DNA of 64,000 nucleotides from Mobula birostris. Its lineage: Eukaryota. Position numbers and translations under genes: made by a program. Of the stretch, positions 62,878 through 64,000 are shown piece after piece; within the stretch, counting starts at the first letter, position 1, and each line of letters begins with the position of its first letter. The stretch spans positions 100,394,699 through 100,458,698 of the forward strand of contig NC_092382.1 of the NCBI RefSeq assembly GCF_030028105.1. Reading direction: 5' to 3'. Below the pieces are notes generated by a model. That model searched no databases, was not told where the DNA came from, and was given only the letters and a program-made list of their open reading frames with translations.

Positions 62878-63530
62878 ATAGAGTAGATGCGGCGAGGATG
62901 TTTCCTATAGCGGGGGGAGTCTAAGACCAGAGGGCACAGATAGAGTGGATGTAGAGAGGATGTTTCCTATAGTGGAGGGAGTCTAGGACCAGAGGACACA
63001 GATAGAGTGGATGTGGAGAGGATGTTTCCTATAGTGGGGGAGTCTAGGACCAGAGGACACAGATAGAGTGGATGTGGAGAGGATGTTTCCTGTAGTGGGG
63101 GAGTCTAGGACCAGAGGACACAGATAGAGTAAATGTGGAGAGGATGTTTCCTGTAGTGGGGGAGTCTAGGACCAGAGGACACAGATAGAGTGGATGTGGA
63201 GAGGATGTTTCCTATAGTGGGGGAGTCTAGTACCAGAGGATACAGATAGAGTGAATGTGGAGATGATGTTTCCGGTAGTGGGGGAGTCTAGGACCAGAGG
63301 ACACAGATAGAGTGGATGTGGAGAGGATGTTTCCTATAGTGGAGGGAGTCTAGGACCAGAGGACACAGATAGAGTGGATGTGGAGAGGATGTTTCCTATA
63401 GTGGGGGACTCTAGGACCAGAGGACACAGATAGAGTGAATGTGGAGAGGATGTTTCCTGTAGTGAGGGGAGTCTAGGACCAGAGGACACAGATAGAGTGG
63501 ATGTGGAGAGGATGTTTCCTGTAGTGGGAA
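62878..63530 (+). repeat. 61-bp tandem array (~11 units)
   Basis: Same 61-bp unit. Confidence 0.9.
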
Positions 63531-64000
63531 AGATAGATTACGAGATCTATCATAGTCTATAGATTAATCTTGATAAATAGATTCAGATTATGAGAGGCAT
63601 GGATGGAATGGACAGACGGTGTCTTTTCCCGAGGACCAAAATCTCTAATACTACAGGGCCTAGATGTAAGGTGAGAGGGGATAGGTCGAAGGAGATGCGA
63701 GGGGCAAGACATTTACACGCAGAGTCGAATACGCTCCCTGGGGCGGTGAAAGAGCCAGTAAACACGGTGGTCTTTTAACAGAGGTTTGGACAGACGCCTG
63801 AACGTGGCGGAAACGGAGGGAAGTGGGAATTGCGCGGGCAAGCGGGGTCAGTCTAGTTGCCCATTTGATCACGGCGCAGCGTTGTGGGCTCCTGCGCGGT
63901 GACAATGCCCCTCTCGCTGGCTGTGGGAAGGCTGGGAGACCGCCAGCCTCCCTGGAAACTGCAGCCGCGAGAGGTGCGCCCGGCTACAGCTTCTATCAAT

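Overview
Vertebrate genomic DNA, most likely a cartilaginous fish (inferred from the CR1, Penelope and SINE families and the shark-type J segments). The ORF track is almost all retroelement debris or low-complexity translation. The real content is the V-D-J part of a T-cell receptor beta-type locus on the + strand, read from its recombination signal sequences (RSS). In order: an intact V (leader 5201-5243, V exon 5496-5804, 23-RSS); a decayed V (~6.7-7.2 kb); D1 (19851-19864, 12/23-RSS, canonical GGGACAGGGG core); a frameshifted J (25.7 kb); a J (31.5 kb); an atypical D2 (41766-41781, 12/23-RSS); and two more J (47.8 and 57.8 kb). No constant exon was seen, so the layout is D-J-J-D-J-J without an intervening C. 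The segments are spread kilobases apart by CR1-like, Rex1/Babar-like and L1-like LINEs, SINEs, Penelope ends carrying hammerhead ribozyme motifs, a Gmr1-type (integrase before RT) LTR retrotransposon and a nested solo LTR. Four minisatellite families (42, 59, 61, 82 bp; nine arrays) are each amplified from a different piece of the CR1 RT region. A CTCF-like motif cluster and a CpG promoter lie between V and D. Repeat boundaries are approximate; nothing was computed or searched.
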